IMG/VR virus record: IMGVR_UViG_3300032136_000008 | Location: 1-44,965 of that record | Reading direction: 5' to 3' (one strand) | Length of the DNA stretch: 44,965 nt | From: a virus | Taxonomy: Duplodnaviria > Caudoviricetes | Shown: positions 1 through 9,927 of the stretch, piece after piece | Position numbering within the stretch: position 1 is the first letter of the stretch | Layout: each line of letters begins with the position of its first letter | The notes under the pieces: model-generated | Told to the model about the DNA's origin: nothing | What the model saw: only the letters and a program-made list of their open reading frames with translations | Databases searched by the model: none | Position numbers and translations under genes: made by a program

Positions 1-328
1 GCGTGTAAACATCAACCGCATAAATCGGCGCACCTTCCTCGTCGACCCCCGTGCGAACTTTGTGAGCCGACTGCCCGGCGACATACTCCCAGGCATAGGC
101 CACATTGTAGGCCGTGATCATCTCGCACAGCAGGGCGATCTCGTCCGGCTCGGCACTGTGCGCGGCATAGACGGGGAACTTGCCGTTATAGCTACGGCTG
201 CCAAGAAGCTGCCGCGCCGTCGCCTGGAACTCGACGCCCAAGCGTTGTACGACGATGCGCTGAATCGCCTCGGGCAGGGTGTCGAAGTCGGTACCATCGG
301 GGACCAAAATAATGCTTTGCGAAGTCAT
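1..328 (-). CDS. 5' part of a 150-aa protein that crosses the circular junction (continues at 44965..44834); probable fibre/spike-associated protein or chaperone
   Basis: ATG at 328 overlaps the stop of the upstream head-fibre gene (TGATG). The frame MTSQSIILVPDG...AVDVYT stays open to base 1 and continues in frame after removing the 7-nt terminal overlap. Not in the ORF track. Confidence 0.75.
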   Translation of the reverse strand, partial: MTSQSIILVPDGTDFDTLPEAIQRIVVQRLGVEFQATARQLLGSRSYNGKFPVYAAHSAEPDEIALLCEMITAYNVAYAWEYVAGQSAHKVRTGVDEEGAPIYAVDVYT

Positions 329-2127
329 CAGTAACGGTCCTCGATCCAGGTGAATGTCAGTGCTTCGTCGTAGAGGGTGAGAGAGTAGAAGGCGACGGGG
401 ACTTTTATTGAAGGTGCCAAGTCAATCGTAGTCGTGTCATAAGTGTCAGCAGGATAAGTACCAACCGACGACCACGACCAATCTCCCGCATCAGTGACGT
501 TATACCCTCCGATCTTGGCTCCTACTCCATCTTCCCAACGCGTCGCAAATGTATAGACATCCCCGGCATCTGGGATAATTTGCGTAGTCGGATAATTTGC
601 ACCGGCAGACAACGCTACTTTTTGGCTTACGTGGGAGATATAGAACGGCCTACCGTCTGTCTCAAACTGAACCAAATTCGAGGTTTCAGTAAGTGGAGAC
701 CCCGCAGGGAATGCCATCTGTGCAATGACCGTCCCTTCCGCCCCATTAACCGCCTGAGCATAAGTCAGCGCAGGGGTGGCCCGCGTCGCCGTGCTACCGC
801 TGGTCTCAATGTAGTTGGTCGCAAACGGACCCTCCTCAAGCTGTACACCGATGAACCAGAGGCTGCGCTGCAAGTTGTCACGGTCTGGCTGGATAAGTAC
901 GCGCCCGACAGTATCCGTTGCGTGACTCGTCAACGTAAATTGCACCCGATACCAACCGTCGGCCATTTCAGTAAAGATCAGATTTGAGTCCCCTGAGTGG
1001 ACTGTTCCTTGTGACGGGACTCCTCCGCTCCAGTCGATATCGGTATAAGCGTGCCATGTTGATGCGGTTGGTGCATAAATACCAAAACGACATGTTGCTG
1101 TGTCGTCTGGTTTCATATATGCCGAGATTGTGTACTCGGTGGAAACCACAACCGTTGTGTCTTTATATTTGCCGTCGTGAACCGCCGACACACCAGTCAG
1201 CTTATCGGCATAATGCCCGGCAATACAGCTCACGGTATCATTAGGAGCGACAGTGCAGGCAGTGTTATTAGCCCACGAATCTATATCGGTCGATTCAGGA
1301 ACGAGGTTATCGGCGGTCGGTTCAAGGAGCAGGTGTCCGCCTGTGATGGGCGCACCAGTGCCTTCGGTAACAACCCCGTTCGCGTCGACACTGTTGCCGT
1401 TGGTCGTGCTGAAGAAGCGGGTGCGGTTTATCCCGGTGCCATAATCTTCGTCGTCCACAAACTCACTCGGCACGGTCATGTCGGCACGACCGCTGACCTC
1501 TTCGATCATCGTCTTTCCGACGGTGACACGAGTGGCCGTGTGCTCGGTACGTCGCACAATATAAACAGTCGGCCCCCATCCCCAATCTTCATCGGGGTTA
1601 TCTATTTCAAGAGGCCCAACTACATACCTTGTAAGGGTGTCGGTCAGAGTAATATCTTCAAATAAGGCAGGCGGTATTCCATCAGAATGTACCTGAATCC
1701 GTAGTGTTTCACCCGGTACGCCAGACAGTTCTACCGAAAACAGCACTTGATTGCCATTTTGCCGAAGCGCAATATTGCTAAAGTTTAGTGCCCCATATTC
1801 GCCCCAAGGAGCATTAGCACGAGCGGGTGAGAACTCGACAGTAGTAGCGTCAATCTTAGTAACTAAGTCAAGCGTTGCTGACCAATCCGTTATGTCATTT
1901 GGAGAAGTACACCAGTTCCGCACGTACCGCAGACCGCTGAAAGTTGCGCAATTCTCCGGCACCGTCTGTACGATTCCCTCGTGATCGACGACCGTAGCTT
2001 CGCCTGTGCGGGTGTAAGTAGCCCCGTTTCCCAAAACGCCAGTAGAAAACTGACGCACAAAAGAGCTAACAAAGCTTGCTAACGGCTTCGATAACGCAAC
2101 GGCAAGAGCAAGTCCCAATGCAGGCAT
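328..2127 (-). CDS. Head spike fibre-like virion protein with carbohydrate-binding-type beta domains
   Basis: Motifs ATYTRTGEATVVD..G, GHLLLEPTADNLV and QLEEGPFATNYIETSGSTATRA resemble the phage/GTA head-fibre pattern. Lies directly downstream of a spike-base gene. Confidence 0.7.
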   Translation of the reverse strand: MPALGLALAVALSKPLASFVSSFVRQFSTGVLGNGATYTRTGEATVVDHEGIVQTVPENCATFSGLRYVRNWCTSPNDITDWSATLDLVTKIDATTVEFSPARANAPWGEYGALNFSNIALRQNGNQVLFSVELSGVPGETLRIQVHSDGIPPALFEDITLTDTLTRYVVGPLEIDNPDEDWGWGPTVYIVRRTEHTATRVTVGKTMIEEVSGRADMTVPSEFVDDEDYGTGINRTRFFSTTNGNSVDANGVVTEGTGAPITGGHLLLEPTADNLVPESTDIDSWANNTACTVAPNDTVSCIAGHYADKLTGVSAVHDGKYKDTTVVVSTEYTISAYMKPDDTATCRFGIYAPTASTWHAYTDIDWSGGVPSQGTVHSGDSNLIFTEMADGWYRVQFTLTSHATDTVGRVLIQPDRDNLQRSLWFIGVQLEEGPFATNYIETSGSTATRATPALTYAQAVNGAEGTVIAQMAFPAGSPLTETSNLVQFETDGRPFYISHVSQKVALSAGANYPTTQIIPDAGDVYTFATRWEDGVGAKIGGYNVTDAGDWSWSSVGTYPADTYDTTTIDLAPSIKVPVAFYSLTLYDEALTFTWIEDRY

Positions 2128-2131
2128 ATTA

Positions 2132-2392
2132 TCACCAACTCAAAGCAACAAGCTTTGTCGCCGTTGTACCATTGGCGGAACTGTTTACCATAAAAGGTTG
2201 GCCACTTTTAGAGCCAACCTGCAGAACAGAGCCGGTAGGAACTCCATAGAAAACAACATCAGTCGTACCACCATCCCGACTTATGGAAATATCTCCACCA
2301 CTTCCGACATAAATTGCACAGCAAGTGATAGAAGCCTCGGCGCCGTCTGCAATGACTTCTTCTTCTGTTGATGAACCATAGACAATAGCCAT
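2132..2392 (-). CDS. Head spike base protein (RcGTA Rcc01079-like)
   Basis: 86 aa with AIYVGSGGDI..., VVFYGVPTGSVLQV and a C-terminal GTTATKLVAL, the pattern I recall for this family. RBS GAGG upstream. Confidence 0.75.
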   Translation of the reverse strand: MAIVYGSSTEEEVIADGAEASITCCAIYVGSGGDISISRDGGTTDVVFYGVPTGSVLQVGSKSGQPFMVNSSANGTTATKLVALSW

Positions 2393-2466
2393 AAAAACCT
2401 CTAGGTAAAAAGGGTGTTAAATATTAACCAATACATGGCGCCAAAAACTACCCCACATCTAGCCCT

Positions 2467-2495
2467 AGTCTAACTCCAACCCAACCAGATGTCAA
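2467..2495 (-). promoter_or_regulatory. Sigma70-type promoter for the head-spike genes (CTTGACATCTGG family)
   Basis: On the - strand: TTGACA-17 nt-TAGACT, about 75 nt upstream of the 2392 start. Confidence 0.7.
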
Positions 2496-3202
2496 GTCGA
2501 ATTTACCTTAACCGAACGCGACTCCGGCGCAGGAAGCTCATGATCAATAAGGTTCGAGTGATATTGCAGCTTTCCAACGTGGCGAAGTTGCTTGCTGAGA
2601 TCATGATCCACCCAAATGTCTTCCTCAGCTTCTTTCTGAATCTTAGCGCAGAAATAAACATCTTCGCCACAAAATCCTGGAATATCCGGAATCCATTCCA
2701 TCATGAACAAGGGAACGGAAAGTTTTTCCAAAACACTCCTCCGCACCATAAGCATACCGCAGCCAAGATACTGAACCTTCTGAAGCCCATGTTTTTTCTT
2801 AGAAGAAATCGGTTTACCATCAAATCCTTGCCCGACCCAATTCACGGGAAAAGACCGAGTAGTATAATTTCCCCCGATCGCCGGTTTTCCTGAGCTAAGA
2901 AGCCGAATTAAAGCATCCTTTGGAAAAACCATATCGTCATCTATGAACAAAATATGCGTGCAATTATCTTTCAACGCCTGGGCAATTAATTTCTGCCGAT
3001 TGGTTACCAGCATACTTCCCGAAAGACAATAAAGATTCACGGACATTCTTTCACACCCCAGGGCCGGGTCCGGGCGCCAATGGAGTGTATGAGCGAAAAG
3101 ACTAACTAAAGCTCGACCGAATTCCATTTCCCACATGCCAGCCGATGGTACGAGCACTCCTACTTTAACTGTTGGCTCGAGGATCTTCTCCTGTTTCTTC
3201 AC
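2492..3202 (-). CDS. GT-A fold (family 2-like) glycosyltransferase
   Basis: HILFIDDDM (DxD), GCGMLMVRRSVLEKL and GEDVYFC motifs. Start moved from the ORF-track 3268 to GTG 3202, which has GGGAG 7 nt upstream. Confidence 0.8.
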   Translation of the reverse strand: MKKQEKILEPTVKVGVLVPSAGMWEMEFGRALVSLFAHTLHWRPDPALGCERMSVNLYCLSGSMLVTNRQKLIAQALKDNCTHILFIDDDMVFPKDALIRLLSSGKPAIGGNYTTRSFPVNWVGQGFDGKPISSKKKHGLQKVQYLGCGMLMVRRSVLEKLSVPLFMMEWIPDIPGFCGEDVYFCAKIQKEAEEDIWVDHDLSKQLRHVGKLQYHSNLIDHELPAPESRSVKVNST

Positions 3203-3482
3203 AATAATTCTCCCAAAAAGTATTAGTCGGCGAGGAAGTTTCCTTATATCTTCCGCGAATTTCAGCAAAAGCCCCTTCCGTATCTAATCCACGGGAAAGG
3301 ATTTTTAGCAAATATTTCCGAACCAAATGAGTCTGGATTGCTAAGCCCTTATATGCTCCTGGAACAAAGCGACCATTTTGCTGGTGCATGGTTACCTCCT
3401 GCACCACGCCATCATTGTCCTCGACGAAGCTCCCGATTTCAAAAAACGGGTTCGGCAGCATTACTCTAAACAACGTCGACAT
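3165..3482 (-). CDS. Hypothetical protein (105 aa)
   Basis: RBS AAGGA before the ATG. Fills the gap between the capsid terminator and the glycosyltransferase. Confidence 0.6.
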   Translation of the reverse strand: MSTLFRVMLPNPFFEIGSFVEDNDGVVQEVTMHQQNGRFVPGAYKGLAIQTHLVRKYLLKILSRGLDTEGAFAEIRGRYKETSSPTNTFWENYCEETGEDPRANS

Positions 3483-3493
3483 TCTGTTTCCTT

Positions 3494-3530
3494 AAAAAGG
3501 AGGGAGGGACCGGAGCCAAGTCCCTCCCCC
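3494..3530 (-). terminator. Intrinsic terminator after the major capsid gene
   Basis: On the - strand: GGGAGGGAC/GTCCCTCCC stem followed by CCTTTTT. Confidence 0.75.
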
Positions 3531-3558
3531 AAAGCCTCACCAAGGGCAGATTTTAGTT

Positions 3559-4770
3559 TTACTCAACAGCCAGATAACGCATGGCCCGGAGGTGATTATA
3601 TTCCACACCGGCCTCCGAGATCCACTGGCCTTTCCGCGAGTCCTCGTCGTTGGCCTGAATGTTATCCTTAAACGTGGTGTCTCGGGACTTCATCGGCCGA
3701 TAACGGAGGCAACCAGGATCAACCACAAAGGCGCCGTTCGTGAACCTGGAGTTCACATTCATCAGCGGATGCGTTTTGATATACATCGTGCCTTGCGGAA
3801 TGACCCAACGCTGGAGCTTCATGCCATAAACATCGACAATCGAATCAAAATTGATCCGCGTCGAGCCGGCATCCCGCGCCCACTTGTTCAGGTAATTCAT
3901 GAACCCATTACCGGCAAAGACGATTCGCTCATCCCCGGCCATGTCCATGTTATAGTCGAACACCTGATACGTTGCGTTGAGAAAGTCATCTTCCCCGGTT
4001 GTGGTGGCACTGGAAATCGTGGCAATCGTGGGCTTATCAGTCGCATGATAATCTGCGCCCAAGTATTCCATCAACCCGCCAGTGTACCGAATCGGCTTTC
4101 CATTCGAGCCGGTGGTTTCGTACTTATGCCCGAACATGAACGCCTGTTCCATCGCAACGGAATGGTCGAACATTTTCCGCTTCTTGTCGTTCTTGATCGG
4201 GTCACCAGTACGAGTCCGCGTCACCGCAGCGGTTCCGGTAAGTTCATACACAGTTTTGAAGATCTGCGTATAGTTCGTTTTCTTCGTCGGGTTGCGGCTA
4301 GAAGCCTCTGGGCTTGCCGTACCCTCGGCAAACGCATTGCCGATTTTCAAAAGAAACGAATTATCCGGAATCGTTGCGGCAGTCGTTCCCGCCGCGCCAC
4401 GACTTACGGCAAATTGCGTCGCCGAAGTAATCGCAGTGACTTGCAGGATTTCATACGAGTAAGTTGTCACCGCGGCCTTTTCCACCATCAGCAGATCGCC
4501 GATAACCAGATCCTCGGCATCCCCGCTGTCGATTGCAACAGTCGTCACTGCAGTTGCTGCCGTCGCGGCCACCTGCAAACGAATCGGATTCAGTTCTTCC
4601 TCCCACCACGAAAATTCCGGGTCATCCGTCGACTCGGTTTTCATCTTAGACATCAGAGCAGTCAGCGGCGCCGAGCCATTCGGATTCCGCCAAAGGATCA
4701 TCTCCCGAAAATTCTTCGGGCGCTCATCAGTGCCCCAATCACCAGTACCACGCAGTCCTGCTACAGCCAT
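3559..4770 (-). CDS. Major capsid protein (SU10/DUF5309-like HK97 fold, with a beta-rich insertion domain)
   Basis: 403 aa, immediately after the scaffold gene and followed by a terminator. FSWWEEEL and NYTQIFKT motifs are typical of this capsid family. Confidence 0.85.
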   Translation of the reverse strand: MAVAGLRGTGDWGTDERPKNFREMILWRNPNGSAPLTALMSKMKTESTDDPEFSWWEEELNPIRLQVAATAATAVTTVAIDSGDAEDLVIGDLLMVEKAAVTTYSYEILQVTAITSATQFAVSRGAAGTTAATIPDNSFLLKIGNAFAEGTASPEASSRNPTKKTNYTQIFKTVYELTGTAAVTRTRTGDPIKNDKKRKMFDHSVAMEQAFMFGHKYETTGSNGKPIRYTGGLMEYLGADYHATDKPTIATISSATTTGEDDFLNATYQVFDYNMDMAGDERIVFAGNGFMNYLNKWARDAGSTRINFDSIVDVYGMKLQRWVIPQGTMYIKTHPLMNVNSRFTNGAFVVDPGCLRYRPMKSRDTTFKDNIQANDEDSRKGQWISEAGVEYNHLRAMRYLAVE

Positions 4771-4781
4771 TTTAATTCACC

Positions 4782-5699
4782 TCAAAAGTTGTCAGGGTCT
4801 TTTTCCATCTCCACGGCCATGGCTTCCCATGGATTATGCGGAGCGGAGTTTGCACGAGGATTAAGCGGAGGCGCCTGCGGCGGGGTCATCGGGGCCGAGG
4901 GGGTTTCAGCAGGAGCCGAAGCAACCTGGGGGTCGCCTAGTCCTACTGCCGCGCGAGCAAACTTTGCGATCTCACGACGTTTTTCCTCGACAGAAATCTG
5001 CCGATTCGCGTTCATCTGATTCCACATAGTTGCTACTTGCGTAACCTGATCCCGATAATTGCGAAGGTCGGAGTATTCATTGAAAAACTCTTCTTCGGCG
5101 CTTTGCCGCGTCTGACGTTGTTCAATGATCTGGCCGATATAGTTCGGCAGCTGAGCCATAACGGTTTGCACCACTTGCTCATAAGCCGCCAACTGAACCT
5201 TCGCCGCCATTTGAGGAAGAACCTTTCCAGGATTTTCTTCAAACGCCAAGGCGTCCTCATCACTCATCACATAACTTTTTTCGAGTTCAGTCAGCGCTTG
5301 CTGCCGAAGCTCGGCCCGTTGCTCTGCCGACAGCCCGGCGGGGGTTTCTTCCACCTGGGCCTGAGGGGTTTGCGGGCTTGTAGGAGTCTCCGAAACCACC
5401 GGGGTTTCCTGGACGACTTCCTCTGGCTTTGGCTGATCCGAGGGTTCTTCCACCTTGGCTTCGGGGCTTTCGGGCTTTCCGTCGTCATCCGAGGTTTCCT
5501 CGGGCTTTTCTGCGGGTTCAGCCGGCGGCGCCGAAGCCTGGGCGTCAGGCTCGGTTTCAGCAACTTCCGTTTCGTCGATATCGAAATCGGCAACAAAGCC
5601 ATTCCATTCTGAATTCTCAGAAACTTCAGAAACTTCAGTCTCCGGAACGGTGTTTTCAATTTCCTCGGTCTCAGGAACCGGATTCGTCTGTGTCGTCAT
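4782..5699 (-). CDS. Capsid scaffolding protein
   Basis: Acidic, Pro-rich low-complexity N-half and helical C-half. Sits between portal and capsid genes. Confidence 0.75.
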   Translation of the reverse strand: MTTQTNPVPETEEIENTVPETEVSEVSENSEWNGFVADFDIDETEVAETEPDAQASAPPAEPAEKPEETSDDDGKPESPEAKVEEPSDQPKPEEVVQETPVVSETPTSPQTPQAQVEETPAGLSAEQRAELRQQALTELEKSYVMSDEDALAFEENPGKVLPQMAAKVQLAAYEQVVQTVMAQLPNYIGQIIEQRQTRQSAEEEFFNEYSDLRNYRDQVTQVATMWNQMNANRQISVEEKRREIAKFARAAVGLGDPQVASAPAETPSAPMTPPQAPPLNPRANSAPHNPWEAMAVEMEKDPDNF

Positions 5700-5982
5700 C
5701 TTCTATTTCCTCGGTTAAAGAATCAATAATTGCCTGAGGAAAATCCCGGGCAAGTTGAAAGGCAAAGCGCTCGGAGCGGAGTTGGATCAAAGATCCCAAG
5801 GGATTATCCCCATGGATTAAATCTATAGATTCCTCTTGCGCTTTTCGCAAATTAATCTGGGCATCCAAGAATTCAATATATTGATCCCAGCCAGCATGGG
5901 CCAAAAGGGATCGAAAAATTTGCCTCTGGTCAATAAGATCGGAAACGGATTCTTCGGAAAAGTCATCTTGATTCTCAATCAT
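5671..5982 (-). CDS. Small helical protein between portal and scaffold
   Basis: ATGA-coupled to the portal stop. Position is common in podovirus head modules. Confidence 0.7.
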   Translation of the reverse strand: MIENQDDFSEESVSDLIDQRQIFRSLLAHAGWDQYIEFLDAQINLRKAQEESIDLIHGDNPLGSLIQLRSERFAFQLARDFPQAIIDSLTEEIEDDDTDESGS

Positions 5983-7904
5983 CCTGTGCTCCCCATTCCG
6001 GGCATTTGACCAGGTTCAGGAACTGCCGTTAGATCCCGCGTTGCCTCGGACATAGGAACAACATTCCCAGCGGCGACTTGCCCAGGCACCATGCCATCGG
6101 GCATGACTTGGACTTCGAATTGCTTGATATTTTTTAACCCTCCAAGCTGCGCCATCCAGCCGAACATCTTGGCCAAGTCATACTTCTGGGCAATGAAGGG
6201 CATCTTTTGAGCGCCCATGAGAATTTCGCGGAAGAGATTCGCCTGGGCATAGCGGTCAATGGGCATAGTTCCATCAACGGCGACGAAATCGAATTGCCCA
6301 GTAATCATATCCGGCGAAACTGCAATTGGCCCGGCATCTTGCGAAAGATCCCCGGCAATACGGAATTGCTGTTCTTGGTCGTAATATTGCTGAGTATTCG
6401 AAAGCATCCTTTGGCCAAGCGGCGTCATGGCAATCGCAGACCAATATTCTGCTACAGTTTTCAGGCGATTAATTCCCATGCTTGAGGAAGTCCTAATCTC
6501 CGTGGCAGATTTTCGCCCACCTTGATGAACCTGGCCCATGAGGTTATCATTAACTCCAAAGGCCCGAGCAGCATATTCGGCCAACTCCTGCATGTCGGGA
6601 ATATTGCCGCGAGTAACATCACTGACCGGAATTTGCTGAATAAGACTCCGAACATCCTGGCCATAGGCATTCGGTTTCAGGCGGATGAGTTTAGAAGTTC
6701 CTCGCCGGGTTAGATCCTTATACGTTACGCGAGACGGATCATAGATAAAATTATTCCCAAGACTCGAACGGACGTTGAAGAAATGCTGATTAAGCAGCCA
6801 AGTCATTGCATCATTCAGAGGCATCAGGCGATCGAGCATAGAAGTCGAGTAGGACTTATACGCGTCGAAATCCATGGGAAGCAGGGCCACGGGAAACTCA
6901 TCATGATACCGGCCATAGGGGCGAGCGGCGATAATGATCTTATCATCCACTACTTCAAAAACCCATTTTTCCGGATAAGTCGAGCTTCCGAGTTTCCAAT
7001 CCTTGGGAATCAAATCAATGACAATCTCGAACCCAGTCGCCCCGTCAACGGCCGTGATGTGGGAGATATATTCCCGGTCTTCCTTCGGCAACTCCTGCCA
7101 CGCGCCCCCGGAGTAACTGGATTCATTCTTCCGCGCGCCATTGGCGAGTTTCTTAGCTTCCTCTATATTCTGATATCGGCCCTGAGTCTCCCCGCGGACA
7201 AGGTCGTTCCAGTTGTATTCCACCATCCGAGCGACGAATTCCCCGCGCTGGTAATCCGTCAGCGGTACGCGCCAATCAGGCCAGAAATGCGAAGGATGGA
7301 CATTGAAAATTTTATTCCCCATATATCCCTTGGTTCGAATGGTTTTCCGGATTTTCTTACTTTCCCCTGGCATGGGCATACCGAAAAAGGTCGAGGGCAC
7401 TTCCTCCACCACCGAGGTTTGAACCCATTCCTCGTCCCAATAATCCCAGAGAATCCCATAACCATACTTCGGGGCGTCATGGAGCCACTGATAAATCGGC
7501 GCCGCCATATGGCCGACCTGAAATTGATAATCCATCAGGGCCTCGACGCTTTGAACCTTCATCTGAGGTTCGCCGTGGCGGCCTGTGAACTGAAACACGG
7601 GCGTCCGGCCAAGAAAGACTGAGGACCAGTAAGTATGGGCAGAGAGCAGCGTCGCATAAGAATACGGAATATAAACCGTATAATAATCTGGCTCCCCGGA
7701 TTGATATCTTTGTTTCCGAAGTTTCGTATCCTCCGTATCAGCCAGATAGCAATCATAAAGATCATCATGGCGCTCGAAATCACTTACCCGATCTTCGATC
7801 TTGTTTTTCGCTGGAGTCTTCCGGGCCAACAAAGCTTGAAGAATAAACTTATGCTGCTTTGAGTCCACGGGCAACCGGACGTTCAGGCTTTGTTTCATGG
7901 GCAT
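5979..7904 (-). CDS. Portal (head-tail connector) protein
   Basis: 641 aa directly after TerL. KYGYG and KSATE segments, size and synteny fit a podovirus portal. Confidence 0.85.
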   Translation of the reverse strand: MPMKQSLNVRLPVDSKQHKFILQALLARKTPAKNKIEDRVSDFERHDDLYDCYLADTEDTKLRKQRYQSGEPDYYTVYIPYSYATLLSAHTYWSSVFLGRTPVFQFTGRHGEPQMKVQSVEALMDYQFQVGHMAAPIYQWLHDAPKYGYGILWDYWDEEWVQTSVVEEVPSTFFGMPMPGESKKIRKTIRTKGYMGNKIFNVHPSHFWPDWRVPLTDYQRGEFVARMVEYNWNDLVRGETQGRYQNIEEAKKLANGARKNESSYSGGAWQELPKEDREYISHITAVDGATGFEIVIDLIPKDWKLGSSTYPEKWVFEVVDDKIIIAARPYGRYHDEFPVALLPMDFDAYKSYSTSMLDRLMPLNDAMTWLLNQHFFNVRSSLGNNFIYDPSRVTYKDLTRRGTSKLIRLKPNAYGQDVRSLIQQIPVSDVTRGNIPDMQELAEYAARAFGVNDNLMGQVHQGGRKSATEIRTSSSMGINRLKTVAEYWSAIAMTPLGQRMLSNTQQYYDQEQQFRIAGDLSQDAGPIAVSPDMITGQFDFVAVDGTMPIDRYAQANLFREILMGAQKMPFIAQKYDLAKMFGWMAQLGGLKNIKQFEVQVMPDGMVPGQVAAGNVVPMSEATRDLTAVPEPGQMPGMGSTG

Positions 7905-9406
7905 ATTCTAATATCCGGTATGTCAGGGAGGTCGCGCTCGGCCTCAAGAATGTCGTCAAAATCACCAAGGAAATGACCCGAGAGATCCAAGACCGCGGCG
8001 ACGGCGACGGCAAGGGCCTCGATCCGGTCATCATGGGAAACCGAAGGATAATTGACAATTTGAGAAATTAATTCATGCTGGCTTTCATGAAAATACAAAA
8101 GCCCCTCGGCCAAGGCGTCGCCCAGGGTATCAATAATTCGATAAGACTTCTTCCGGCGCTCGGGAATATAAGCATCAATCCGCATGAACTGCCCCTTCGC
8201 CCGCATGGCTTTTTCCAAGAGCCAAGCCAAGGTTCTCTGATAGTTCACAGATTCTGCTTTGAGAATCTCGGGCATCCAAGTATTTTTCATACTTAGAAAT
8301 GTCGAAATACTCCAATCCGGGGTATGGCCTTTATTTGCTCGGAGATCCAGGACATAAATCCGGCGTTCCTTCGTAGTCCGATCTTTCCATAATCCCACGG
8401 CAATCCAGACTTCTTCATCCTTTCCTTTCAGCCCGCGTTCAATCTCCCGCTCCGACGGCGGGGGCACCGGGTCAACGGCCATCGCGACCATCATAGACCC
8501 TGGCGAAGGCGGGACCTGATAATACCTGATCTGATCCGAGGCCGAAGGGAAGGAAAGATCCGCAGAGCCAATAACCTGACATTCCATCTCCCGCATCCAG
8601 AGATAAAGCTTCCCCCGATCGGTGTAGGCTTTCTTCTCGGCCAGAAGATCCTCATACGACCAGCGCTCAGGCCAGGCGCTTTGGTTATTCATTATGATCG
8701 GGAATTTTGCACTGGCCCAGGTCGGGTCTTTCATGCAAGCGGAGATCGCATCTTCTGGATGCAGAAGAGTTTGAAGAAATGCTATTTTAGCCAGGGGTTC
8801 TTCACTTGCCGGGGCAAGAGAATTATATAACGAACCCAAGATATAATCTTCAGTCTTTGTCCTCTGATCCGCGGTGGCCGTGTTTTCCTCGTCCGACGGG
8901 TCGTCGACGACGATCAGATCCGGGCGATAATCATCAACGTTAATCCCCCTGGTCGAGCCGGTTATACCAAGAGCCAGAATTGTCACCGGCGTTTGGCTCG
9001 GACCTACGAGGATTTGGCAAACCTCCGACGTCCACGGCACTCCGGGGCGGAGCTGAAACGCATCGCGATAGAGGGAATTAAACTCTACCTGCCGCATGAT
9101 CCAGGCCAAGGATCGCCGGGCATGGTCCTGGCTTTTTCCAACAAAAAGAACTGTTCGGGAAATAAGGAACGCAACTCGCTTGGCCAGATACAATCGGAGC
9201 AAAGTTGTCTTCGCCCCTCCGCGGAAGACCTCAAAGGCCACCTTGCGCTCGGCGGAATCCAGGTGACTCCACATCTCTCTGTGAAAATCTGGCGTCCCCT
9301 GGCGAACAGTCTTCGGGAAAAAATAATGCGAGAAGAAAACACTATCTGCGGCGGCGAGCTGAACCGCCTCGGCCAAAGGAAGTTGCTGAGTTTTCAGGGC
9401 TTCCAT
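7895..9406 (-). CDS. terL: Terminase large subunit
   Basis: Walker A FRGGAKTT, Walker B LIVVDD, nuclease-domain MAVDP and C-terminal HDDRIEAL. Confidence 0.92.
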   Translation of the reverse strand: MEALKTQQLPLAEAVQLAAADSVFFSHYFFPKTVRQGTPDFHREMWSHLDSAERKVAFEVFRGGAKTTLLRLYLAKRVAFLISRTVLFVGKSQDHARRSLAWIMRQVEFNSLYRDAFQLRPGVPWTSEVCQILVGPSQTPVTILALGITGSTRGINVDDYRPDLIVVDDPSDEENTATADQRTKTEDYILGSLYNSLAPASEEPLAKIAFLQTLLHPEDAISACMKDPTWASAKFPIIMNNQSAWPERWSYEDLLAEKKAYTDRGKLYLWMREMECQVIGSADLSFPSASDQIRYYQVPPSPGSMMVAMAVDPVPPPSEREIERGLKGKDEEVWIAVGLWKDRTTKERRIYVLDLRANKGHTPDWSISTFLSMKNTWMPEILKAESVNYQRTLAWLLEKAMRAKGQFMRIDAYIPERRKKSYRIIDTLGDALAEGLLYFHESQHELISQIVNYPSVSHDDRIEALAVAVAAVLDLSGHFLGDFDDILEAERDLPDIPDIRICP

Positions 9407-9927
9407 ATATGAACCCCGATGCGCTCGATCCTACAGTTTTCTATTTTCGGAATCATGTCTATTTGTTCAGGAAAATAAATCGCCGGATCGTACCACTTGC
9501 AAACTTCAACTAAATGAATTGAATAGCTCGGGAAAAGATACTCAACCACGGGGAAATATAATTGCCTTAACTGCCACCAAGCATCCGAGGTATGTTGATA
9601 CTTTGCCTCGATAATTATGATCCGACCATTCCAGGGATCAAAAGCCAAGCAATCGGGCTGACACCAGCGGAATCTATCTTCTCCCTTTTCTTGAAACTGA
9701 ATCCATGGCCACGGAAGGATAGGAGATTCTAAGGATTCTTCAAGAAACTCCATCAACCGGCGTTCGTATTTAATCCCCTGCGCTTTTCGGCCCCTGGGCT
9801 TCCTCTTTTTCAAAAATCCCGGCGCCGTCGATAAGCGTGCCCACGCGATCGGTTTGGATATTGGCCGGAAGCCTGGCGGGGGCCGCGGGGTTTTGGGCGT
9901 TATCTCTCCCGTGTCCTGCCAAAGCAT
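9394..9927 (-). CDS. PD-(D/E)xK endonuclease (resolvase/restriction-like)
   Basis: G..YE helix, QPDCL...IIIIEAK catalytic motif and Q...Y. Lies between terS and terL. Confidence 0.7.
   Translation of the reverse strand: MLWQDTGEITPKTPRPPPGFRPISKPIAWARLSTAPGFLKKRKPRGRKAQGIKYERRLMEFLEESLESPILPWPWIQFQEKGEDRFRWCQPDCLAFDPWNGRIIIIEAKYQHTSDAWWQLRQLYFPVVEYLFPSYSIHLVEVCKWYDPAIYFPEQIDMIPKIENCRIERIGVHIWKP

Noticed and set aside
3592-5019. 475-aa + strand ORF, and other long antisense ORFs such as 6783..7622 and 28393..29070
   Set aside because: They are shadows of well-supported - strand genes, with no RBS or recognisable motifs.
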